In this document: piece by piece, positions 53,558 through 61,399 of the stretch | Position numbering within the stretch: position 1 is the first letter of the stretch | Layout: each line of letters starts with the position of its first letter | Assembly (NCBI GenBank): GCA_036802945.1 | Contig: DAIRVG010000001.1 | Location: forward strand, 33,166-97,165 | Reading direction: 5' to 3' | Source of the DNA: Vicinamibacterales bacterium | GTDB lineage: Bacteria; Acidobacteriota; Vicinamibacteria; Vicinamibacterales; UBA2999 | Length of the DNA: 64,000 nt | Made by a program: the position numbers and the translations under genes | Notes under the pieces: model-generated | Database searches by the model: none | What the model saw: the letters and a program-made list of their open reading frames with translations, nothing else | What the model was told of the DNA's origin: nothing

Positions 53558-54935
53558 GCAAGCGAACGACCTTGCCCGCAGACTTCTGCGGCCGTTCGGC
53601 ATCTCGCCGATCACGCCTCTCGCACTCGCGATCTTCCGCACAGTCCTGGGTCTTGGGCTCCTGTACATCCTGCTGGTCTATCAGCCGATCGTGGCGAGGG
53701 CAGACGATGTCCGGCGACCGCACAGTCCGCTGGCTGACATGCAGTGGGTGTATGCGCTCGCCGTGAACAAGGGGGCGACGTCGGTCCTTCAGGGTGTGGC
53801 GTGCGTTGCCGCGGGGCTCTTTACGGTAGGCATCTTCGCGCGGCCGGCGTACGTCGTTGTCGTATCGCTGATGCTGGTCAACGTGCTGATGATCCTTGCC
53901 AGGGCGGGCGGGCACGACTGGGGTCTGCCGATCGTGACACTGCTGATCCTCACGGTCGTGCCGTGGAGTGACGCGCCAAGCCTGTTCCAGTTGCCCCGTT
54001 CATGGGCGAGATTCTCCGCAGCCAGCCTGGCGAGCCGCGCCTACGGATTCGCGGTCTGGCTTCCGGGGCTGACGGTCGGTCTGGCGCTTGCGGCGGCAGC
54101 CTACGCCAAGGTCGTCGGCACGGGCGTCCAGTGGATCACGAACGGGACCGTGCGGTACCACTTTGTCGAGGACGGCCGGAACGCGCCGGTGACGCTGGGT
54201 TTGTGGATCGCGACGCATCCGTCGGTCGCCATCGCCGTCTCCCTTGCGGCGGTGCTGACTGAAGCAGGGTTCATCCTCGTCATCTTCGCGCGGGACTGGC
54301 GTACTCGACTGGCGTTTGGATTGATGGGCGCCTCGATGATGGCCGGCTTCACCTTGTTCCAGGGAGTGGCATGGTGGCCCTGGCGGATCCTGTTCCTGGC
54401 GTTCCTGCCGTGGACGTTGCTCACGACGTTGGACAAAGGGACGACGATCGCATCCTCCGACGACGTTTCCGGTTCATCCTTCGTCGCCCAGCGCGATCTG
54501 ACGTGGACGCATGCCCTGCTCGTCGTCGTGCTGATTGCGGGTCAGTTGTGGGTCTCGGCTCGTGCGATCGAAATCGAGCCGTTCGTGTCGAACTATCCGA
54601 TGTATGCCTACACCTGGTCGTCAACGGAGGAATTCGACCGCCACCAGTCGCGAACACGGTTCGAGGCCGACGGCAAGGACATCTCAGACCGTATCGAAGC
54701 CGCCGGCGGTGAGGACGTTCTGAGGCAGATGGTCACGCGGAACGATGACAGCGAGTCCAACCGCGACGACATTGAGGAAGATCGCGCTGACTTCATCGCC
54801 CGCTACACCCGGATATATGGCGGCGTACCGCCCAGCATTGATGTCATTCTCCTCCAGCGACCGTTCGACTGGCAGCGGGGCAGATACCTGCCGCCAACGC
54901 GAGCGCGTATAGGAACGGTGCACCTGGCCCACTGA
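53547..54935 (+). CDS. HTTM-domain-like polytopic membrane protein
   Basis: Overlaps the second wzm by 11 nt. The N-terminus LALAIFRTVLGLGLLYILL resembles the start of the HTTM domain. It has about 8 hydrophobic helices and a soluble C-terminal ~140 aa. Confidence 0.65.
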   Translation: MRAEQANDLARRLLRPFGISPITPLALAIFRTVLGLGLLYILLVYQPIVARADDVRRPHSPLADMQWVYALAVNKGATSVLQGVACVAAGLFTVGIFARPAYVVVVSLMLVNVLMILARAGGHDWGLPIVTLLILTVVPWSDAPSLFQLPRSWARFSAASLASRAYGFAVWLPGLTVGLALAAAAYAKVVGTGVQWITNGTVRYHFVEDGRNAPVTLGLWIATHPSVAIAVSLAAVLTEAGFILVIFARDWRTRLAFGLMGASMMAGFTLFQGVAWWPWRILFLAFLPWTLLTTLDKGTTIASSDDVSGSSFVAQRDLTWTHALLVVVLIAGQLWVSARAIEIEPFVSNYPMYAYTWSSTEEFDRHQSRTRFEADGKDISDRIEAAGGEDVLRQMVTRNDDSESNRDDIEEDRADFIARYTRIYGGVPPSIDVILLQRPFDWQRGRYLPPTRARIGTVHLAH

Positions 54936-54951
54936 CCCGCCAGACGGGATC

Positions 54952-56547
54952 TCAAGACACGTCTGCGGGCCGGCGGAGCGCCTTGGCCGCCGCCTGTTGA
55001 CGACGCCGCTCTTCGAGAGCCGCCTGCTTCTTCTCGCGGTGTTCCCTGATTCGGACCGTCTTCAGGCGTATCGCTTCTTCCTCGATCCGGATCGCGCGGC
55101 GCGCCGCCGCTCTGGCGAACGGGACCAGGATTGGCCGGATCACGTGCGTCCATACAGGTACCGGCAAGGGGGCGGGTGAGGGACCAGCGCCCAGCGCCTC
55201 GACGGCCTCCACGAACTTCGCAGTCGCGGCAATGTCGACGGGGCCGGGCCGGACAAACGTGCGGACGAAGCGCGCGCTGCGATCGGGATCCGGATCGCGA
55301 TCCTCCAGCACGTCTGCGAGCTGGTGCACATGATCGTCCAGCGATCGCGCGGTTCGGAGCAAAGGCGCGGCAGGATCGAGCAGGTAATGGAAATGCAGCG
55401 TACCTTCCTGGCTGTCACGGAACTCCGGCAGAAGCACGGTGTGCACCGGGCGGTTGAGGATAGCAGCTTCAATCATCGCGCTGGTGTTGAGGCCGACGAT
55501 CGCCGAGGCGTGGTACATCGAGTCGAAGTAGTCCGTCTTCGATCGCGCGTCGACCGGCGCATCGCCAAGCGGCGGCCAGCAGGCGACGTTATCGAAGCCG
55601 GAGAAGTCGACTCCCTCCCAGGATGCACCATGCTGATAGTGCGGGCGCACGAGCACACCGCATTCCTTCAGGATCGGATGGCTGCTGTCGCGCAGGTGTC
55701 GAATCCACTGCATGACGAACGGCGGCTCGGGGGGACTTCCCTCGAGAAGCGACGAACACACGTAGAGGACGATCGGTCGCTCGGGCCGCAGGCCGACACG
55801 CGCGCAGAACGCCTCCTTCGTCGTCGAGGGTTGTTTTTCGAACCAGACGTCGAACAGCTGCGCGCCGGTGACGGTAATCCGATCCGGGTCCATGCCGTGG
55901 AGCTCGACGGCTTCGCGCTTCTGGACGTCGTTCCACACCGTGATCTGCTGTGGCTGGAAGGTGAGCTCGCCCTTACTGGAAAGATGATCCCAGCTCGCGA
56001 CGGCGAACATGTTGCGGATGCCGAGCTCGCACGCCGCGCGCGCGATGTCCAGTTGTGTCGTCTTGAGCACGACGAGTGGCGTCAATATGACGACATCAGG
56101 GCGCCGTTCCTGCAGATAGGCGTGAAACAGGCTTGCGCTGCGCGTTGTCCGGTCGAGGGCATCGATGGTCGCAGCGAGCAACCGGCGTCCTCGGATGCCG
56201 ACGCCAGGCACCTCCGCCAGGCGGACCGCCGGGGTGGGCGCCCGTTTGCGAGCGCGGGTGAGCAGGGCCTGACTCTCACGATAGTGAGGCTCGAAGAACC
56301 GGAGGTAGAAACGCGCTCGCCGCAGGCGGTTGGCCAGCTCCCACCACGGGTTTTTGGCCATCTTTGGTGTGACCGACAAGCCGATTCCACACGTTTCGGC
56401 GAGCGAGACGACGAAGGGAGGCCACGCTGTCCCGCCCAGATGCTCCTTGACGAGCTCGACTTCGTGACCGCGGGCCGCCAGCATGCGCAGCACCGAGTCG
56501 AAGTGCCGGACGTTCGATGGTTTTCGGACGGAGAAAAGAATGCGCAC
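54952..56547 (-). CDS. GT-B-like family P protein (copy P2)
   Basis: Contains MRILFSVRKPSNVRHFDSVLRMLAARGHEV, ASWDHLSSKG, VWNDVQKREA, VTGAQLFDVWF, VLYVCSS, VRPH, VGLNTSAMIEAAILNRPV and SQEGTLHFHYL, plus a basic coiled C-terminal tail. Confidence 0.75.
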   Translation of the reverse strand: MRILFSVRKPSNVRHFDSVLRMLAARGHEVELVKEHLGGTAWPPFVVSLAETCGIGLSVTPKMAKNPWWELANRLRRARFYLRFFEPHYRESQALLTRARKRAPTPAVRLAEVPGVGIRGRRLLAATIDALDRTTRSASLFHAYLQERRPDVVILTPLVVLKTTQLDIARAACELGIRNMFAVASWDHLSSKGELTFQPQQITVWNDVQKREAVELHGMDPDRITVTGAQLFDVWFEKQPSTTKEAFCARVGLRPERPIVLYVCSSLLEGSPPEPPFVMQWIRHLRDSSHPILKECGVLVRPHYQHGASWEGVDFSGFDNVACWPPLGDAPVDARSKTDYFDSMYHASAIVGLNTSAMIEAAILNRPVHTVLLPEFRDSQEGTLHFHYLLDPAAPLLRTARSLDDHVHQLADVLEDRDPDPDRSARFVRTFVRPGPVDIAATAKFVEAVEALGAGPSPAPLPVPVWTHVIRPILVPFARAAARRAIRIEEEAIRLKTVRIREHREKKQAALEERRRQQAAAKALRRPADVS

Positions 56548-56570
56548 CTTGTGAGTCGGTGACCGGAACC

Positions 56571-56580
56571 TATATATTAT
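56571..56580. promoter_or_regulatory. AT-rich box in a divergent intergenic region (candidate -10 for one or both divergent P-family genes)
   Basis: TATATATTAT is the most AT-rich decamer I noticed in the window. It lies 24 nt from the minus-strand start (56547) and 91 nt from ATG 56671. It is followed by two GGCGTCACG direct repeats (56592-56600 and 56642-56650). Confidence 0.3.
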
Positions 56581-56670
56581 CTACGAGTTACGGCGTCACG
56601 CTACTGTCGCAGCAGCAACTGAGCTCCCGATCCGGATGTTAGGCGTCACGGCGGTCGTGTGCCCTCGCGA

Positions 56671-58386
56671 ATGAAAATCCTTTTTTCAGCGACGCATTTC
56701 GGCTTTCTTCGCAATTTCCAATCGACGATCCGCGTCCTTGCCGAACACGGCCACGAGCTTCACGTGTTGGCGGAGCGCAGCGATGCGATCGACGGTCAGA
56801 AAATGGCCGATATCCTCTCGGCTGAACATCCGTCGATGACGTTCGAGCGACTTCCGACCAGTCGCCATCGCCTGTGGTACGCGCTCGGGAACGCTCTTCG
56901 CGCCTCGATGGACTATTGGCGATATCTCGATCCGAAATGGGACCATTCGGCGAAGCTCAGGCGCAGAGCTGCGGACCAGGCGCCGCCCTTGGCGCGCACG
57001 CTCGCGCGTCTCCCCCTTCTCGGCACGCGCTCCGGACTGGCATTGCTTCACACCTGTTTCCACACGCTGGAACGCGCGCTGCCTCCGCCCCCCGAGGTCA
57101 CGGAGGTGTTCCGACGTGTGAACCCTGACGTCCTGCTGCTGACGCCGCTCCTCTATTTCGGCTCTCAACAGGCGGCCCACGTCCGATGTGCGCGGCGCCT
57201 CGGTATAAAGTCGGTTCTGGGAGTGGGCAGCTGGGACCATCTCACGACGAAGGGGTTGATTCACGAGATACCGGACCGTGTGCTGGTCTGGAACGAGGCG
57301 CAGAAGCGCGAGGCGATTGCGTTGCACGGCGTTCCGGCCGATCGGGTCGTTGTCACCGGCTCTCAGGCGTACGACCACTGGTTTTCGACCAAACCCGCGC
57401 TCGATCGCGCCGGATTCTGCCGTAAGGTCGGCCTCGATCCGGAGCGGCCGATGGTGCTGTATCTCTGCTCGTCGCCGTTCATTGCGCCTCACGAAGTCGG
57501 GTTCGTGCGGTCGTGGATGACCGCCATCAGACGCAGCTCCGATGAGCGCTTGCGGGGCGTCAGCCTTCTCGTGCGTCCGCATCCGCAGAACGCCGCGCAG
57601 TGGGAGAACGTCGATCTTGCCGCTGAGTTCGAGCACGCTGCGCTCTGGCCGAAAACGGGCGTCAATCCAATCGGCGGAGTCGCGCGGTCCGACTATTTCG
57701 ATTCGATGTATCACGCGGAGGCGGTCGTCGGCGTCAACACCAGCGGGATGATCGAGTCGGGGATTCTCGGCAAACCGGTGTACTCGGTCTTGACCGAGGA
57801 ATTTGCCTCGACGCAGGAAGGCACGCTGCATTTTCAGCATCTCAAGAACGTCGAAGGGGGATTGCTGTACCTCGCGGGGAGTCTCGAGGAACACGCCTCG
57901 CAACTCTCGCGACTGCTCGCCGACGGGCGTTCCGAGCGGCAAGGCACGCGGCAATTCATCCAGGCATTTATCCGGCCGAACGGCCTCGATCAGGCTGCGA
58001 CGCCGCTTGTCGTCGAAGCCGTCGAACACTTCGCGGAGGGACCGCGCCTCGAGGTGGAGCCGACCCCTGTGGGCGCGTCCGTCCTACGCGTTGTGCTGGC
58101 GCCAGTGGCCGTCGTCGCCACGATTGCAACCATGGAGCGCGCGAAGCTTCAGGCCATTGTGGTGCGGTGGACCAGGCCGGCGAGGCTGATTGTTCGAGCG
58201 ATCGTGAGGCGGTCGATCTACGCCGCCCGGTTTGTCCTGCGGCTGCCTCGTCGATTCCTGCGGCTGGTCGGGATGGCGTTCCGGCGGCTGCTGATGGCGC
58301 CCGCCAGGTGGATGCTGCATCAAGGAAAGCTGCGGGTGCACGCCTTTCTCGTCTGGCGCAAGGGCGAGCCCGACCAGGCGCCCTGA
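56671..58386 (+). CDS. GT-B-like family P protein (copy P3)
   Basis: Contains MKILFSATHFGFLRNFQSTIRVLAEHGHEL, GSWDHLTTKG, VWNEAQKREA, VTGSQAYDHWF, VLYLCSS, VRPHP, VGVNTSGMIESGILGKPV and TQEGTLHFQHL, plus a basic amphipathic tail. An alternative GTG start lies at 56659. Confidence 0.75.
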   Translation: MKILFSATHFGFLRNFQSTIRVLAEHGHELHVLAERSDAIDGQKMADILSAEHPSMTFERLPTSRHRLWYALGNALRASMDYWRYLDPKWDHSAKLRRRAADQAPPLARTLARLPLLGTRSGLALLHTCFHTLERALPPPPEVTEVFRRVNPDVLLLTPLLYFGSQQAAHVRCARRLGIKSVLGVGSWDHLTTKGLIHEIPDRVLVWNEAQKREAIALHGVPADRVVVTGSQAYDHWFSTKPALDRAGFCRKVGLDPERPMVLYLCSSPFIAPHEVGFVRSWMTAIRRSSDERLRGVSLLVRPHPQNAAQWENVDLAAEFEHAALWPKTGVNPIGGVARSDYFDSMYHAEAVVGVNTSGMIESGILGKPVYSVLTEEFASTQEGTLHFQHLKNVEGGLLYLAGSLEEHASQLSRLLADGRSERQGTRQFIQAFIRPNGLDQAATPLVVEAVEHFAEGPRLEVEPTPVGASVLRVVLAPVAVVATIATMERAKLQAIVVRWTRPARLIVRAIVRRSIYAARFVLRLPRRFLRLVGMAFRRLLMAPARWMLHQGKLRVHAFLVWRKGEPDQAP

Positions 58387-58394
58387 CTAACTGC

Positions 58395-60155
58395 ATGCGC
58401 ATTTACTGCTCCATGCATCACCTCGGCTCGTTCCTGGTATATGAGCCGGTGATCCGTGAGCTGGCCGGGCGTGGCCATGACATGCACTTGGCCGTCAGCC
58501 GGGCGGAGACACTGGGCTGGGAGCAAACGCTGCAGTCGGTGCTCGTCGATCATCCCAATATCACCTGGAGCTGGCTGTCGCCGTCACCGCTCTCGTCGAG
58601 CATCTGGTTCGAGCTCGCGAAAACCATTCGCATCTGGGCTGGCTATCTGCGCTACTTCGAGCCCGAGTACGCTGACGCTCCAAGGCTGAAGGAGCGCGCG
58701 GAGCAGGGAGTGCCGCCTGGACTGGTTCGCCTGAGCGCCCGGCCGATTTTTCGCAAGGCGCGAAATCGGCAACGGCTGCTGCGGCTGCTGCGGCTGGTCG
58801 AACGGACCGTCCCGCCCGTTCCGGAAGTGCAGCAGGCACTGCGCGAGTACAACCCGGACCTGGTGTTCATCACACCGCTCGTCTACCTTGGCTCCTGGCA
58901 GTTCGAAGTGCTCCGTACCGCGCTGGCCGAAGGATTGCGCACCGCATTCGGCGTCGGGAGCTGGGATCACCTCTCGAGCAAGGCACTCATTCGGGATATC
59001 CCGCAGCGCGTGCTTGTGTGGAACGAGACACAGAAGGACGAGGCGATGCGTCTGCACGGGGTGCCGGCGGATCGGATCGTGGTGACGGGCGCACAGTGCT
59101 ACGATCGGTGGTTCGACCGCGCACCGGTGCGCTCGCGCGAAGAGTTCTGTCGGCGCGTCGGGTTGCCACACGATCGCCCCTTCATCCTGTACGTGTGCTC
59201 GGCGCTGTTCTGGGGCAGTCCTGTCGAAGCGGAGTTTGTCCGTCGTTGGATCCAGGAGCTCCGCGCGAGCGGACACCCGGTGCTGCGTTCGGCCGCCGTG
59301 CTGATCAGGCCCCACCCGGCGCGCCTGGAGGAGTGGAAGGCGATCGACCTGTCGTCGTTCGAGGGCGTGTCGTTGTACGGCTCGAACCCGAAGGACCCCG
59401 AGTCGAGGGAAGACTATTTCGAGTCCCTCTTCTACAGCAGTGCGGTCGCAGGCCTCAACACGAGCGCGTTCATCGAGGCGGCCGTGGTCGGACGCCCGGT
59501 GCACACGGTCCTTGCGCCGGAATACCACGACAATCAGGAAGGGACGCTGCATTTCCACTATCTGACTCGCGTGGGTGGAGGCGTGCTGCATGCGGCGCGG
59601 ACGGTCGACGAACATCACGCGCTGCTCGCGGCATCGCTGCAGGGACCTGCCGGCGAGCCCGGCACGAACCCGCAGTTCGTGCGCGAGTTCGTCCGGCCGT
59701 TCGGGCTCGACAGGGCGGCGACGCCGATCCTCTGTGAAGCGCTCGAGGAGCTCGGCCGCATGCCGGCGCCGGCGCCGGTCACAATCCCGCGGTCGCTTGC
59801 CTGGCTGCGATCGGCGGTCTACCCGATGGCCGTCCTCCTGCAGCGGCTGTACGGAGGGGCGGTCTTTCGCGACGTCGAGCGCCTGCAGCGACAACGCGAT
59901 CACGAGCGCGGTCGCGAGCTGGAGGCCGAGCGGCGAAGGACCGAGAAGATTGCCGCGCGGGCGGAAAAGATTCGACGGGTCGAAGCGGCACGCGAGGCGG
60001 AACGGCGCAGTCGTGAAGAGCGCCTCGCCGCGTCGGCGCGGGCCAAGAGCTTAGCGAAAGCCGCCCGCGAGCGCCACAAGGCGCGGCACCGGCGCTCGAA
60101 GCGTCGTGCGGCGTTTGTCGCGCAGATCAAGCGTCGGATGGGATTCGGACAATGA
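58395..60155 (+). CDS. GT-B-like family P protein (copy P4) with ~100-aa charged coiled-coil tail
   Basis: ATG 58395 gives MRIYCSMHHLGSFLVYEPVIRELAGRGHDM, collinear with the paralogues. The track ORF start at 58167 would overlap P3. Contains GSWDHLSSKA, VWNETQKDEA, VTGAQCYDRWF, ILYVCSA, IRPHP, AGLNTSAFIEAAVVGRPV and NQEGTLHFHYL. The tail is ERLQRQRDHERGRELEAERRR...RHKARHRRSKRR. Confidence 0.75.
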   Translation: MRIYCSMHHLGSFLVYEPVIRELAGRGHDMHLAVSRAETLGWEQTLQSVLVDHPNITWSWLSPSPLSSSIWFELAKTIRIWAGYLRYFEPEYADAPRLKERAEQGVPPGLVRLSARPIFRKARNRQRLLRLLRLVERTVPPVPEVQQALREYNPDLVFITPLVYLGSWQFEVLRTALAEGLRTAFGVGSWDHLSSKALIRDIPQRVLVWNETQKDEAMRLHGVPADRIVVTGAQCYDRWFDRAPVRSREEFCRRVGLPHDRPFILYVCSALFWGSPVEAEFVRRWIQELRASGHPVLRSAAVLIRPHPARLEEWKAIDLSSFEGVSLYGSNPKDPESREDYFESLFYSSAVAGLNTSAFIEAAVVGRPVHTVLAPEYHDNQEGTLHFHYLTRVGGGVLHAARTVDEHHALLAASLQGPAGEPGTNPQFVREFVRPFGLDRAATPILCEALEELGRMPAPAPVTIPRSLAWLRSAVYPMAVLLQRLYGGAVFRDVERLQRQRDHERGRELEAERRRTEKIAARAEKIRRVEAAREAERRSREERLAASARAKSLAKAARERHKARHRRSKRRAAFVAQIKRRMGFGQ

Positions 60156-61399
60156 CGATCTTGGGGTCGGTGCGGCGCCTGCTTACGGGACGACACCAGC
60201 TCGAGCGCTTGTCGGCGCTCGAGGAGAAGGTGGTCAAGTTCGGTCGGGCGCAGCGCGAGCAGCTCGCGAGCCAGGATGCGCGGCTCCATTCGCTGCAGAA
60301 CGCTGTCGGGGAATGTGCGAGCGCGACCGCCGTCCGGGCGGTCGGGCGGCACGTTGAAGGCGTGCAGACCTCACTGGCCCAGCTCGACCGAACCTTCGCC
60401 GAAGCGTTGGAGCGCGCCCGTCTCCTTGACGAACAGGGGCATGAAGATCGCCGTTTTGCCCGTCGCATCGAATCGATGCTTCGTCAGCGGCATCCGATCA
60501 TCGTCGGTCCCTGGACCGGCGAGATTGGATTCGAGCTGCTGTACTGGATTCCGTTCGTCCGCTGGGTGGCGCAGACCTACAGCGTGCCGCCCGAGCGGTT
60601 GCTCGTCGTGTCGCGAGGCGGGGTCAGGTGCTGGTACGGCGGCCTCGCCGCGAACTATGCGGACGTGTTCACGTTCTTCGCCCCGGACGAATTCAGGGCG
60701 GCGACGGAAGCGACAAAGAAACAGCGCCGCGTGCGGGCATTCGATGGCGAGGTTGTCGATCGGGTGATTGCCGCGCATCAGACCGGTCGCGCAAGCCTGC
60801 TTCATCCCGGGATGATGTACCGCCTGTTGATGCCCTTCTGGAAGGAGCTGGCGCCGGTGACGCGCGTCGATCGGTACGCAGCCTATGCCAGGATTGAACC
60901 GGAAAATGAGCCGGCGCTGCGCGAGCTTCCCTCCGAATACGCCGCGGCCAAGTTCTATTTCAGCGACTGTTTCCCCGATACGCCGTCAAACCGGGCGCTC
61001 GTGGCATCGATACTGGAGACGATCAGCCGGGACCGTCCCGTCGTGCTGCTCAATACACCCTTCGCGGTTGACGATCACTGCGACGCCGCGGTCGCCGGCG
61101 GCCGTGTGATGACGATAGGACCTGCGCACATGGTTCCGGAGCGCAACCTTGCGGTGCAGACGGCCGTCATCGCCGGCGCGCACAGCTTCGTCGGCACCTA
61201 TGGCGGCTATTCGTATCTCGCGCCGTTCTGCGGTGTGCCGTCGCTGGCGTTCTATTCGCGCCGGACGTTCCAGTCGCCACATCTTGACGTCGCCCGACGC
61301 CTGTTCGAACGGCTCGGCAGCGCTCCGCTGGTTCCCGTTGACGTCGGCGACCTTCCGCTGCTGCGACTCGCGTTGTCCGGATCGCCTTCAACGATATGA
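60152..61399 (+). CDS. Hypothetical enzyme with N-terminal coiled coil and GT9/heptosyltransferase-like C-terminal pattern (tentative glycosyltransferase)
   Basis: Has ATGA overlaps at both ends. The N-terminal ~95 aa are heptad-like (LERLSALEEKVVKF...LHSLQNAV...LAQLDRTFAEALERARLL). They are followed by IIVGPWTGEIGFELLYWIPFVRW and a C-terminal FVGTYGGYSYLAPFCGVPSLAFYS, which is reminiscent of the GT9 G-x-DSG-x-x-HLA motif region. Confidence 0.65.
   Translation: MTILGSVRRLLTGRHQLERLSALEEKVVKFGRAQREQLASQDARLHSLQNAVGECASATAVRAVGRHVEGVQTSLAQLDRTFAEALERARLLDEQGHEDRRFARRIESMLRQRHPIIVGPWTGEIGFELLYWIPFVRWVAQTYSVPPERLLVVSRGGVRCWYGGLAANYADVFTFFAPDEFRAATEATKKQRRVRAFDGEVVDRVIAAHQTGRASLLHPGMMYRLLMPFWKELAPVTRVDRYAAYARIEPENEPALRELPSEYAAAKFYFSDCFPDTPSNRALVASILETISRDRPVVLLNTPFAVDDHCDAAVAGGRVMTIGPAHMVPERNLAVQTAVIAGAHSFVGTYGGYSYLAPFCGVPSLAFYSRRTFQSPHLDVARRLFERLGSAPLVPVDVGDLPLLRLALSGSPSTI

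Noticed and set aside
54936-54970. Hairpin (CCCGCCAGACG ... CGTCTGCGGGC) between the convergent genes 53547-54935 and 54952-56547 as a bidirectional terminator
   Set aside because: The stem needs a bulge, there is no U-tract on either strand, and it overlaps the last codons of the minus-strand gene. The evidence is too weak to call.
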